Notes under the pieces: generated by a model
What the model was told of the DNA's origin: nothing
What the model saw: the letters and a program-made list of their open reading frames with translations, nothing else
The model's database searches: none
Assembly: GCF_004010195.1 (NCBI RefSeq)
Contig: NC_057750.1
Coordinates: forward strand, 2,931,167 to 2,995,166
DNA length: 64,000 bases
Source of the DNA: Chiloscyllium plagiosum
Lineage: Eukaryota
Direction of reading: 5' to 3'
Part shown: positions 41,200-52,717 of the stretch, piece after piece
Position numbering within the stretch: position 1 is the stretch's first letter
How the letters are laid out: every line of letters begins with the position of its first letter
Program-made: the position numbers and the translations under genes

Positions 41200-41462
41200 C
41201 AGATTGTTTGTTAAGTCTCTCATCTTTTAGAATGACCATGTTGGTTTCAGTTCAAACAATCCAGGTCTTTACCAATATATCATTTCAGTTACATCATACT
41301 GTAAACTTGTGCTATAAGTTCTGTGTCTTAGGATCTTACACTCCACAACCACCTGATGAAGGAGCACCGCTCCAAAAGTTAGTGGTTCCAATAAGCCTGT
41401 TGGACTATAACCTGTGATTTTTAAACTTAGTACACCTCAGTCCAACACCAGCACCTCCAAAT
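41200..41462 (+). mobile_element. PLE family B terminal fragment with hammerhead fold at 41347-41387
   Basis: aaccac-CTGATGA-a-ggagc-acc-gctcc-AAAA-gtta-gtggtt. Confidence 0.8.
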
Positions 41463-41750
41463 CTATAAAAGGAAGCTACATATTACAGTAGGAGGAAATG
41501 TTCAACATTACACCACCCAGAAAAGCCATTATTATCACATCACTACGACAGCAAGTCAGAAATGAGGAATTTTGTGACAAAGAATTCACCTTGAGTTTAC
41601 CCAATGCCTGCTCACCATCTACAAGGTACACGTCAGGAGTGTGATGAAATATTCCACGCTCATCTGGATGAGTGCAGCTCCTATTTGAATCTTGACACCA
41701 TTCAGGAAAAAAGTTGCATGGAGAGAGAAATGGTTCATGTCAAGTGTCTG

Positions 41751-41878
41751 GGAGAAAGAAAGGACTGCAGATGCTGCAGCACAGAGTCAAAAGTGTGGTG
41801 CTGGAAAAGCACAGCCAGTCAGGCAGCATCTGAGGAGCAAGAGAGTCGACATTCGAGCATAAGCTCTTCATCAGGAAT
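41751..41878 (-). mobile_element. Solo PLE family A terminal repeat
   Basis: Minus strand reads cctgatgaagagcttatgctcgaatgtcg. Confidence 0.8.
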
Positions 41879-42664
41879 AGTCTGGAGTCTGATCTACCTC
41901 TTGGTCAGAACTGACAGAGGCTGGAAATTGTAGTTTTTTATGTTGTAGACAGAGCAGGGAATGAGAGTGAGGGGAACAGATGGTGAAGCTGCCCGGAATG
42001 TAACCTGTCAGGCAATAGGTTTAAGGTGAAAAAGGGGTAGCTGAGCTGAGGGGTAGCTTTAAACGGGAGCTGAGGGGTAGCTTTTTCACCCAGACGATAC
42101 TGTGCATGCAATGAGCTGCCAGAGGAAGTGGTGGAGGCTAGTACAATTCTAACAATTAAAAGTCATCTGGATGGGTACATGACTAGGGAGGGTTGAGATG
42201 TATGGGCCAAATGGGACTGGATCAGATTGGGATGTCTGATTGGTGTAGACGGGTTGGACCGAAGGGTCTGTTTCAGTGCTGCATGACTCTGTAACTGTAA
42301 CAGCTTGATTGGCTCCCCATCCTCCAGCTTCAATGGTACTACCTTCACCATTGACTATTCACCACAGAGCATGTATATAATATCTACATGGTACACTGCA
42401 AATCGACAGTACCTTCCAAACCTGCAACCTCTATCACTTAGAAGGGCAAAGATAGCAGATGCAGGGGATCATCATCTACAAGTTTCTCTCCAACCCCCAC
42501 ACACCATCCTGATTTGTAACTATGCCACCATTCCTTCTCTACTGCAGAGTTACAATCTTGGAACCCCCTCCCTAACAGCACAGTAGGTCTCTCTATATTC
42601 CCAAGGACTACAATAGTCCAAGGTGGAGCTTACCACTGCTTTCCTGAGGGCTTTCAGAGATGGT

Positions 42665-42903
42665 CTCCCCGTGCTTATGTAGGTTTCCTCCAGGCGCTCT
42701 GGTTTCCTCCCACAATCCAAAGATGTGCAGGTCAGGTGAACTGGCCTTGCTAGATTGGCCATAGTGTTAGGTACATTAGTCAGGGGTAAATATAGGTAGG
42801 GGAATGGGTCTGGGCGGGTTACTCTTCGGAGGGTCGGTGTGGACTTGTTCGGCCAAAGGGCCTGTTTCCATACGGTAGAGAATCTATCTAATCTAATCTA
42901 ATC
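42665..42903 (+). mobile_element. 5'-truncated HE1-type SINE nested in a LINE tail
   Basis: SINE body and tail ending in (aatct)n. Confidence 0.8.
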
Positions 42904-44023
42904 CTAGAAGAGTATAAATACTGGCCTAGCCAGTGACATCTATATCCACCAATGAATTTTTTTTTAAAAATTGGAATTTAATTCTCCACAATGCAACATC
43001 GACACGTATTGCAGTCAACTTGGCCAAAAGGAGTTGTTTCATTTGTCTGAAAAATACTTTGTGAAGAAGGGACTGCAGGCTATGATTTCAGCAGGCTATG
43101 ATTTTTGGGTAACCCTTGTGGCAAGATTTTCATGTGTCAAGTTGATAGTTGAAATGATTATTTACTGCAAATATTGCTCTCTTCTGAGAGTCAGGAAGTT
43201 GTGGTTATGTGGGAAGAAATTGAGTTTTTGAAAAGGGTAAATTGTAGGGGGAATGAATGATTCGGGAAGGCAAGGAACTGAACTGTTTTGAAAATCAAAG
43301 AATGGACAAGTCAGAGTTGGAGAGGAGCAAAAGGCCTTGGCTGCAATGCTGTAACCACCTTGGGAAGAGGGGGATGATATTGATGAGCATATCTAAAAGG
43401 ATGGCACAAGAGCATGATGAAGAATATCCCAATGAGAAAAAAAATAAACTTGTGCAATTATATTACATCCCTAAATAGAATCCTCGGCAAATCAAACACA
43501 GAGAAGAGGAGGTGGTCAGAACAATCTCTGGGCAAATATCTGTAAAACAACACAAGGGAATTAACCCCTCGAGCAAACAGATGAGTGATGAATGCACAGT
43601 GCATCTCTGTGGAACTGCTAATAGGATTATTTATGTTTGTCTCCCTTTGAATTTTTTGGTTACTCCTCATTGCTCACTAACACCATCTCATAACCTTCTC
43701 TCCCATTATCACTTCTCATGACTGACTGTGCCTTGCACTCAGTTCATTTCACCTGTTCACCTTTTCAGCATCTACAGCAGTTTGCACTCCAACACATTTC
43801 TCCCTTTCTCAGTGCTTGCCTTTAATCAAGAAACGGTCAGTGGAAGCTTGCAAAAACAGCAGCTTAGAATTAAGTTTAGAATGACTGAACACCACACCAA
43901 ACAGAGCTGTTGCAGATAAGTGAAAATAAAATCCAGACAATGGATGACAGTTGTATTCAGTGGCTGCTTTTAAAAAGACAAATCATGACCAAAAGGTGTT
44001 AGCTCACCACTACTTTCTCAAGG

Positions 44024-44211
44024 AGAAAGTGAGGACTGCAGATGCTGGAGATCAGAATCAAAAAGTGTAGTGCTGGAAAAGCACAGTAGATCAGGCAGTT
44101 TCCAAGGAGCAGGAGAGTCTACATTTTGGGCATAAGCCCTTCATCAGAAAACGTCAACTCTCCTGCTCCTGAGAGGCTGCCTAACCTGCTGCGCTTTTCC
44201 AGCACCACACA
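44024..44211. mobile_element. Fold-back PLE family A element
   Basis: Inverted arms about 44064-44122 and 44152-44210; TSD acttt(c/t)tcaagg at 44012-44023 and 44212-44223. Confidence 0.85.
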
Positions 44212-44387
44212 ACTTTTTCAAGGGCAGTTAGTGATACTGGTGCAGACCACTGATACTGCTGCCCATGAATATATAACAAAAATATGAAATGCACAATTTT
44301 TTTCCTCTACTGTATATCTCTATGACTAATTATTACCAATGTGGTCACCCATAAAATTCTTTAATACATCATTTTGATATTTATAAT

Positions 44388-45035
44388 CACAGAATCATAA
44401 GAGATGTACAGCATGGAAACAGACTCTTCGGTCCAACTCGTCCACGCCGACCAGATATCCCAACCCAATCTAATCCAGCACCCGGCCCATATCCCTCCAA
44501 ACCCTTCCGATTCATATACCTATCCAGATGCCTTTTAAATGCTACAATTGTACCGGCCTCCACCACATCCTCTGGCAGCTCATTCCATACACGTACCACT
44601 CTTTGTGTGAAAACACTTCCCCTTAGGTCTCTTTTATATCTTTCCCCTTTCACCCTAAACCCATGTCCTCTAGTTCTGGACTCCCCCACACCAGGAAAGA
44701 TACTTTGTCTACTTATCCTATCCAGGCCTCTCACGATTTTATAAACCTCTATAAGTCTCAGCCTCCAACACTCCAGGGAAAACAGCCCCAACCTATTCAA
44801 CCTCTTCCTATAGCTCAAATTCTCCAACCTTGGCAGCATCCTTGCAAATCTTTTCTGAACCCTTTCAATAACATCCTTCCGATAGGAAGGAGACCAGAAT
44901 TGCATGCAATATTCCAAAAGTGGCCTAACCAATGTCCTGTACAGCCGCAACATGACCTCCCAACTCGTGGACTCAACGCTCTGACCAATAAAGGAAAACA
45001 TACCAAACGCCTTCTTCACTATCCTATCTACCTGC
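44388..45035 (-). mobile_element. CR1 3' fragment
   Basis: 232-aa ORF is ORF2 C-terminus (LYRTLVRPLLEYCMQFWSP...TRGH...VWNELP). Confidence 0.93.
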
Positions 45036-45359
45036 AACATCCTTTGCCAAAAGACTGGCAAAGGCAGGATTGATCCTGGCTGCATTACCTATCACTCTAA
45101 CAGCCTGGTAAAGCTGACCAGCTTAGGTATAAGGCAGGGAAGATTTAGCACTGCCCAGAGAACTGCCCACCCAGCAGAAATCAATGGCCCCAGAAGACAA
45201 TAAAAGGTAGCGGAGAAAGTGGTTAGCTCATTGTGAAATATACATAACAATGCACCCAATCCACTATTTGTAATGTTCAATGTGATCAGGATAAAAAAGG
45301 AGAGAGGACGTGGAGAGGCAGAGTCAGGGAACAAGTGTATGAATGAGTAAATGCAAGTG

Positions 45360-46370
45360 CTTTCTGTTGTCCTGCGTGCGCGCCTGTGCAGGAGGGTGTG
45401 TGGAGTATGCTGCGGAATTCTCTCTCAATTTGTTCTCACACTGCTGGTGAGTTTTAAAAGGGTTCAGTGAGCTCAGATTTCATCCACTCACTCCACATGC
45501 ACAAGGTCCTCAATCACGGGGAACTGAATCAGCCAACACGCTCACCATTAAAACTCCTTAACATGCCATGTAAACTCTTCACTTCCAATATCACAAGCAC
45601 AACCTAAACTGGCAAGGGGATCCTTGCTGTGCTATTGGGGGTGCAGGCGCCTCTCTCTGGAACAGCAGAAGCAGCTTTTGCTGGGCCTCGCTTTGCCTTT
45701 TTTTTTCCCAAACAGCCATGCTGTGTTTAATCGGTGACTCATTAACAGACAGCCCTCGACTCGATCCAACAAAACAAAAAACGGGATTAAAAAGGCCCAA
45801 CTCTCAGAGAAGGGGCAAGCGCTTACCTTACAAGCTCCCCAGTTCTTTGAGATTTTTATCTTCACGAAGGGACAGGGATTCTGAATACTTTGCAAGACAG
45901 GATCATTTCCTCATACTGCTTTCAGCCTCCCAGATAAAGAAGTCAATGTTTTCCCTACCGTCACAGGGATTATGTTACATCAGTTTCGTTGGCTCGGTCC
46001 TTTAACCACTCCAAACAAGTTTCATGACGTTTACCAAAGGCATGGCTACGCCCCCTGATTCGGCACAAACCACAGGAGTGTAGTTTCACGCAGAGCTCCG
46101 AATCCTTCACTAACACTCAGAGCCTGAGCTGCTGCAGTCTGCTTTTTCACTCCAGGGCAGTCTTCTACTAAAGCGAATCTTTTCACTCTCCTTGCCACCA
46201 GAGCCCTGCACAAACGACCCTAGGAGCTGAAGGAACAAGACACACCGACCTCTCTCAAAGCAACTGAGCTGCAGATTAATGAGTTCATCTCCCTCCCCCG
46301 CACACCCCACCCCCTCAAAGAAACTCCCGTTTGATTTCTTAAATTAGTTTTTCCTGTGCAATGACGAGAA
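45360..46370 (-). promoter_or_regulatory. Candidate promoter / non-coding 5' exon region of the PAK gene
   Basis: About 1 kb with no recognisable repeat and visibly more CpG than the flanks. Strong minus-strand donor AAG|GTAAGC at 45827/45826; TGACGT at 46025-46030; CGCCCCC at 46049-46055; ACTACACTCCTG (ZNF143-like) on minus at 46073-46084. Confidence 0.4.
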
Positions 46371-46689
46371 AGTTTAGTAGCTAGCATCCCTACACTCCTC
46401 GCCCTTTAAGCAGCAAAGTCTTGACTGAGTTGCATATAAAATCGCAGCTCTCCGAAAGCTAATTATTCCAAATAAACCTGTTGGACTATAAGCTGGTGTG
46501 TGACTTCTGACCTTGTCCAACACCCGCACCACCACATAGCAAATAAATAGGATGCAGGGGTTTATATTTTTGTTTGCAGCACATCTCAAGTATTCAAGTG
46601 CTTTGCGTGCAATGGATTTGCTTTAAAGTGCTGGGAATGCCACCAGCCTGGCAAACGGACCCGTTGAGGTCTCCAGCAGTTGTGGTGTT

Positions 46690-46965
46690 GGGGCAACACA
46701 GTGGCTCAGTGGTTAGCACTGCTGCCTCACAGCACCAGGGTCCCAGGTTCAATTCCAGCCTCGGGTGTTGGGCCGAAGGGCCTGTTTCTACACTGTAAGT
46801 AATCTAATCTAATCTAAATGTGCAGGCCAGGTGAACTGGCTATGCTAAATTGCCCATAGGTTAGGTGTGTCATTCAGAGGGAATGGGTCTGGGTGGGTTA
46901 CTCTTTGGAGGGTTGGTGTGGATTTGTTGGGCCGATGGGGCTGTTTCCACATTGTAGGGAATCGA
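46690..46965 (+). mobile_element. Rearranged HE1-type SINE (head, tail, body, tail)
   Basis: Tail plus (aatct)n at 46766-46817 replaces the central domain; a second tail ends near 46965. Confidence 0.75.
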
Positions 46966-48149
46966 ATAAAGATGATTTGACTCTCCTCCCCCTACCCCCC
47001 CCCCCCCATTTCCTCCATTATAACAATAGCTATGCTTCAAAAAAGTGATTTACTGAGGCTCTGAAAGACAAAATGCAAATGCAAGTTTAGTAGACACAGC
47101 CAACATCCCCTAAACTCACCAATGAAATCATTCAGATAGGAGGTATGGAAAAAATGTCTTGAGGTCAGGACCGAGACATGTTGAGGTAGAGTAGAAGCCT
47201 TGCTCTGTATCTGCCGTGTTGCAACATTACTGAATGCTTGACCTTGACAACGAATGCTTCACATGGGAGGACATTAACAAAAATCCATCCAACTGAGCCA
47301 CGGGTCTGGTGGGCAGCAAGATGCAAGGGAGAACAGCTTTGAGAATGCATCAAAGTTTCAGCCTCAAGTATCTTCTTGTTCTTCAGTCTTCTGGTATAAA
47401 TGCTCCCAAATTTTAAATCATTTCTACAGAACAGGTCATTAAATTGCTAGGAGCGAAAAAGTGAAATGTACAAGTCTCATAAATCTGACCCAAGCACGCA
47501 GAACATGAGCGCACACAATTAAACTGCTGTCTGCCTCCACTGTCTCCAAGATCACATTATCGTTTGCCTGACAACAGAGTTGAGCACTGACAGCATAAAT
47601 ATTCTTTTGCCTGACAAGAAGCTGGCAAAACGGTGGAAAATATAACAGATGGGAATGAGTATGGGTGCTGAGAGTGAAAGAGAGGAGTTAGCTCACTTTT
47701 GTTTTTCATCGATACAGCACACTGCAGAAGGACTCGTTTTTAACTGGGAACGAGCAAGAGAAAAAATTAAGGCAGCCTCACTTTACGAATTACTTGGGTT
47801 TATCTTTTTCCCCACCTTCAGCCCCTTGACAGTGCAGACTTGTATCCAGTTTCATAGGTCCAGATCTACTGCTGCTTTAACCAGGGGTGATTTGCCACAT
47901 CTACACACAAGTAAGGATTGGAAGGCTGTGGTGGTAAGGAATATGGGAAAAATAGAACCATAGTTGATCCCACACCAATCCATATCCGCAGGAACTCAAA
48001 CTGATCTTCCCTTTGCCGAGCAGAGGCCAAGGTTCTCCTGTTGGTACTCGGCTAGTTGGTATAAAACAGATCGCTTGAACTTTAATGGTTAAGTTCACAA
48101 TGTGGACTGGAGAGATTTAGGGAAGGCAGTGACGTATTGGCAATATCAA

Positions 48150-49313
48150 GAGAAAGTAAGGACTGCAGATGCTGGAGATCAGAGTCAAAAAGTGTGACGC
48201 TGGAAAATCACAGCCGGTCAGGCTGCATCCGAGGAACAGGAGAGTTGATGTTTTGAGAATAAGCTCTCAAGAGGGCAGTGCCGAGTTGGAGGGTTGGATC
48301 TGGGTTAGGTTGGGGGTTGGGGAGATGGGGAAACTGGTGAAATTGACATTGATCCCGTGTGGTTGGAGGGTCCCAAAGCAGAAGATGAGGTGTTCTTCCT
48401 CCAGGCTAGGATTTGGCAGTGGAGGATGCCAGGCATTTGCATGTGCTTGATGGAATGGGAGGGGGAGTTGAAGTGTTTGCCACAAGGCTGTGGTGTTGAT
48501 TGGTGCACGTGTCTCGGAGATATTCTCTGAAATATTCCGCAAGTTGGCATCCTGTCTCCCTAATGTAGAGATCACATCGAGACCAACGGACACAGTAGAT
48601 GAGGTGTTTGGAGGTGCAGGAAAACCTCTGTCGGATATGGAAGGATGCTTTGGGGCCTTGGATGGAGGTATGGGTGCAGGTTTTACACCTCTTGTGGTAG
48701 CAGGGGAAGGTGCCAGGAGTGGGGGGCGTGTACCTAATGAGGGAGTTGCGAAGGGAATAGTCTCTGCGGAATGCAGAAAGGGGTGGAAAGGGAAATACCT
48801 CTCTGGAGGTGTGGTCTGACTGTAGGTGGCAGAAATGGCGGAAGATGATGCATTGTATCTGATTGTTGGTGGGGAGGAAGGTGAGGACCATGGGACTCTA
48901 TCCTTGTTGCAGTTGGAGGGGTGGAGTTCCAGGGCGGAGGTGTGAGAAGTTGAGGAAATCCACTAGAACATGGAATCAATGTCGATTTCACCAGTTTCCC
49001 CATCTCCCCTCCCCCAACCTTATTCCAGATCCAACCCTCCAACTCAGCACTGCCCTCTTGAACTGTCCTACCTGTCCATCTTCCTTCCCTCCTAACCGCT
49101 TGACTGTGACCTATCACCATCCCCCCCAACTTCATCTACCTATCTCATTCCCAGTTACCTTCCCCCCCAAGCCCCCAGCCCCATCCCTTCCCATTTGTCT
49201 CTCAGCAACCCCCACATCCCTGATGAAGAACCTATGCTTGAAACATTGACTGTCCTGCTGCTTGGATGCTGCTTGACCGACTGTGCTTTTCCAGCGCCAC
49301 ACTTTTTGACTAA
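48150..49313. mobile_element. Fold-back PLE family A element with decayed linker and GIY-YIG endonuclease (coding on minus)
   Basis: PGTFPCYHKRCKTC...HLIYCVRWSRCDLYIRETG; inverted copy at 48968-49311; exact TSD tggcaatatcaa at 48138-48149 and 49314-49325. Confidence 0.88.
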
Positions 49314-49680
49314 TGGCAATATCAATGGCCTAGTAATCCAGAAGCGCATGCTAATGGTTGAGGGACATGAATTCAAATATGACCACGCCAGAGAACAAAA
49401 TTTGAATTTAGGAACAAAATTTTGAATTAAAAAGCTAGCCTAAATGGTGACCATGTAACCGTTGTCAACTGCCATTCAAACCAATCTGGTTCAGTAATGT
49501 CTTGCAGGGAAGAAAAGCTAGCATCCTTAAGTTGGCTTGGCCTGCATGTGATTCCAAACCCACAGCAATGTGATTAACTCTGAAATGCCCTATGAAATAG
49601 TCCTAGCAAGCCATTCAGATCAAAAAAATTGACAATAATTGCCAGCACAGCAAGCAACACCCACATGATTATTTTAAAAA
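49314..49680 (+). mobile_element. tRNA-derived SINE (SacSINE1/DeuSINE-like) whose head begins at about 48124 and is split by the PLE
   Basis: ggcagtgacgtattggcaatatcaa|tggcctagtaatccaga...ttcaaat; central ctggttcagtaatgtcttgcagggaagaaa...ggcctgcatgtgattccaaacccacagcaatgtg. Confidence 0.65.
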
Positions 49681-50034
49681 GTCATATGATTAATACAGGT
49701 GCATATCTGATTGTTTACTCATTAACATGAGCAGAAAAGTGGCGCAATAGGGAATTTACACTTAAATACAATTGGAACTGACAGACAAAATTATACAATA
49801 ACGTGGGAAGTATTTTAAAATGCAAGTTACTTTCAAATGCGCATCATTTTAAATTTGGAATTCAATAAATGAGGGTTCATATGCCAGTTTGCCATTTATA
49901 TTGCTAAATAAAATGGTAGAGTTCTAAATGTTAGATGAAGAGAAACACATTTAGCGGCATAATCAGTAGGAATTGGTTCGGGAGTGCTTGTATCCTGGAA
50001 TTAAAACTGCTCTGATAATAGGAACCTTTTTTTT

Positions 50035-50350
50035 TAATTTATTCACTAGATGTAGACATCTTTGGCCCCTAAAAGTTAAGGGTTAAACATATTGCTGTGG
50101 ATCTGGATTCACACGTAGGCCAGGCAGGTAAGGATGGCAGTTTCTTTCCCTTAAGAATATTAGGGAACCAGATGGGTTTTCTGACAATGGTTTTACGGTC
50201 ATTATTAGATCCTTCATTCCACGTTCTTTACTGAGTTCAAGTTTCCACCATCTGGCTAGCGGCAGGATTCAAACCCGGAACCCAGAACATTACTTGGGTC
50301 TCTGGATGAACAGTCCAGCAATAATATCATGAGGCAACTGCCTCCCCTTT
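50035..50350 (-). mobile_element. tRNA-derived SINE on minus strand
   Basis: B box (ggattcaaaccc on plus, about 50266-50277) and head ending ...ctgcctcccc. Confidence 0.65.
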
Positions 50351-50605
50351 AACAAGTCAATGAACACTTCCTCAAAAGATTACTTATCTTTAGTTTACTG
50401 CAGGTTAAAACTGCAACTGTGGGGGAGGAAAACTGATTTGAAACAAAGCTAAGTTACACGAGAGCACCTCACCAAGTCACTGATACTCAATAATGCATCA
50501 GGGCTTTTAGTTGGATTTTAGTACAGCAGAAGGGCGTACAAAAGCAAAATGCTGTGGACGCTGGTAATCTGAAATAAAACAAAATGCTAAGAGAAATTCA
50601 ACAAG

Positions 50606-50908
50606 TCACAGTGGCTCAGTGGTTAGTACTGCTGCCTCACAATGCCAGGGACCCAGGTTCGATTTCCATCTTGGGTGACTGTGTGGAGTTTGCACATTCT
50701 CCCCGTGTCTGTGTGGGTTTCCTCCGGGTGCTCTAGTTTCCTCTCAGTCACAAAGATGTGCAAGCCAGGTGAATTGGCTGTGCTAAATTGCCCATAGTGC
50801 TAGGTGCATTAGTCAGAGGGAAATGGATCTGGGTGGGTTAGTCTTCGGAGGGTCGGTGTGGACTTGTTGGACCAAATGGCCCGTTTCCATTTGTAGGGAA
50901 TCTAATCT
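50606..50908 (+). mobile_element. HE1-type SINE nested in a PLE family C remnant (about 50545-51350)
   Basis: Full head, body and tail; PLE-like text resumes after it (ggtctgg...gttaacgtttc). Confidence 0.85.
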
Positions 50909-51424
50909 GAAAAAAAAGGTCTGGAGAAAAAAAACAGTTAACGTTTCAAGTGCAGCACGACTCTTCTGTGTAATTGAAAGGAGCTAGAAAATGCTGTTTT
51001 TTATGCTGTAAAGAGAGGAGTGGCAGAAAATGGAACAGAATGAGTGTATGCTCAGAGCAAAAGACATAAGCAGGTGATAATGCTGGTAAAGGGAAGTTAA
51101 AGAGATGTAAAATAAGTGCAAATGTTAATTGTGAAATGGAGAAAATGGATCCGTTCTGCCAGCCAGACACAAAGAAGACATCACCAAGAGCTGTAAGAAA
51201 GTATGAAGCACAAAGGTCATCTTCTGAATTTGTGGAACTCTGAGTCCAAGAGGCTGTGAAGTGTTTAAATGGAAACTGAGACGTTGTTCCTCCAGCTTGC
51301 ACTGCGCTTTATTGGAACACTAGCAGACCGAGGATGAAAATGTTAGAAGGGAACAAGATGGTTTGTTATAGTTTAATATACAATACACCTACTTATAGAG
51401 CATCCATATCATAATTAAGATTCA

Positions 51425-51640
51425 ACAACAAAAACAGAAGTTGCTGGAAAAGTTCAGCAGGTCTGGCAGCATATGAAAAGAAAAATCAGAGTTTGCATTT
51501 TGGGTTAGGTGACCCTTCCTCAGAATCGGACCCGAAATGTTAACACTGATTTCTCTTCACAGATGCTGCCAGACCTGATGAGCTTTTCCATTGTTTCTGT
51601 TTGTGTTTCTGATTTACAGCAGTTCTTTCGGTTTTTATTC
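51425..51640. mobile_element. Fold-back PLE family C element
   Basis: ggaaaagttcagcaggtctggcagcat versus atgctgccagacctgatgagcttttcc; centre carries CTGAGGA-a-gggtc on minus and gacccgaaa on plus. Confidence 0.7.
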
Positions 51641-52018
51641 AGAATTCACATTATTGATTTTATTCCTTCAAAAGTAGTTTGTATCTGAAGATAGTGATTA
51701 CTTTATCTCACATATAAATTATATAACACAAGGAGCAAGCACTGTTTTTACGTCTTGACAATTGCATGTGAATGGTTTTGATGAATATAAGTAATGAGAA
51801 CCTGCTTTTAATGGAATACAGAGGGCACAAATTTAAGGTAATTGGCAAAAGAACCAAAGGAGAGATCGGGAAAAATATTTGCTCAGAGTTATGATTTGAA
51901 AGCACTTCTGGAAGTGGAGAAGGAAGCAGAATTAATTGGACAAATTTTGAAGGGAGTAATCTGATACGGTTGCGGGGAAGCAGTCAGACGGCAAAGCTAA
52001 TTGGGTAGCTTTTTAGAA

Positions 52019-52717
52019 GGAGAAAGTGAGGTCTGCAGATGCTGGAGATCAGAGCTGAAAATGTGTTGCTGGAAAAGCGCAGCAGGTCAGGCAGCATCCA
52101 GGGAACAGGAGAATCGACGTTTCGGGCATAAGCCCTTCTTCAGGAATGAGGAAAGTTTGTCCAGCAGGCTAAGATAAAAGGTAGGGAGGAGGGACTTGGG
52201 GGAGGGGGGTCGGAAATGTGATAGGTGGAAAGAGGTCAAGGTGAGGGTGATAGGTCAGACTGGGGTGGGGCGGAGAGGTCGGGAAGAAGATTGCAGGTTA
52301 GAAAGGCGGTGCTGAGTTAAATGGATTTGACTGAGACAAGGTGTGGGGAGGGGAAATGAGGAAACTGGTGAAATCCGAGTTCATCCCTTGTGGTTGGAGG
52401 GTTCCTAGGCTGAAGATGAGGCGTTCTTCCTCCAACCGTCGTGTTGTTGTGGTCTGGTGATGGAGGAGTCCAAAGACCTGCATATCCTTGGTGGAGTGGG
52501 AGGGGGAGTTGAAATGTTGAGCCACAGGGTGGTTGGGTTGGTTGGTCCGGGTGTCCCAGAGGTGTTCTCTGAAACGCTCCGCAAGTAGCCGGCCTGTCTC
52601 CCCAATATAGAGGAGGCCACATCGGGTGCAGAGGATGCAATAGATAATGTGTGTGGAGGTGCAGGTGAATCTGTGGCGGATATGGAAGTCTCCTTTGGGG
52701 CCTTGGAGGGGCTGGAA
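52019..52717 (-). mobile_element. Young 5'-truncated PLE family A: intact GIY-YIG domain, 3'UTR and intact hammerhead core
   Basis: Open frame ...HIIYCILCTRCGLLYIGETGRLLAERFREH...VAQHF...SH...RRLEEERLIFSLGTLQPQGMN; CTGAAGA-A-GGGC-TTAT-GCCC-GAAACGTC at about 52116-52143. Confidence 0.92.

Noticed and set aside
42043..42084. 18-bp direct repeat gagctgaggggtagcttt
   Set aside because: Local duplication within a decayed CR1 end; only two full copies.
44387..45085. 232-aa ORF as a host gene
   Set aside because: It is CR1 ORF2 C-terminus with small deletions.
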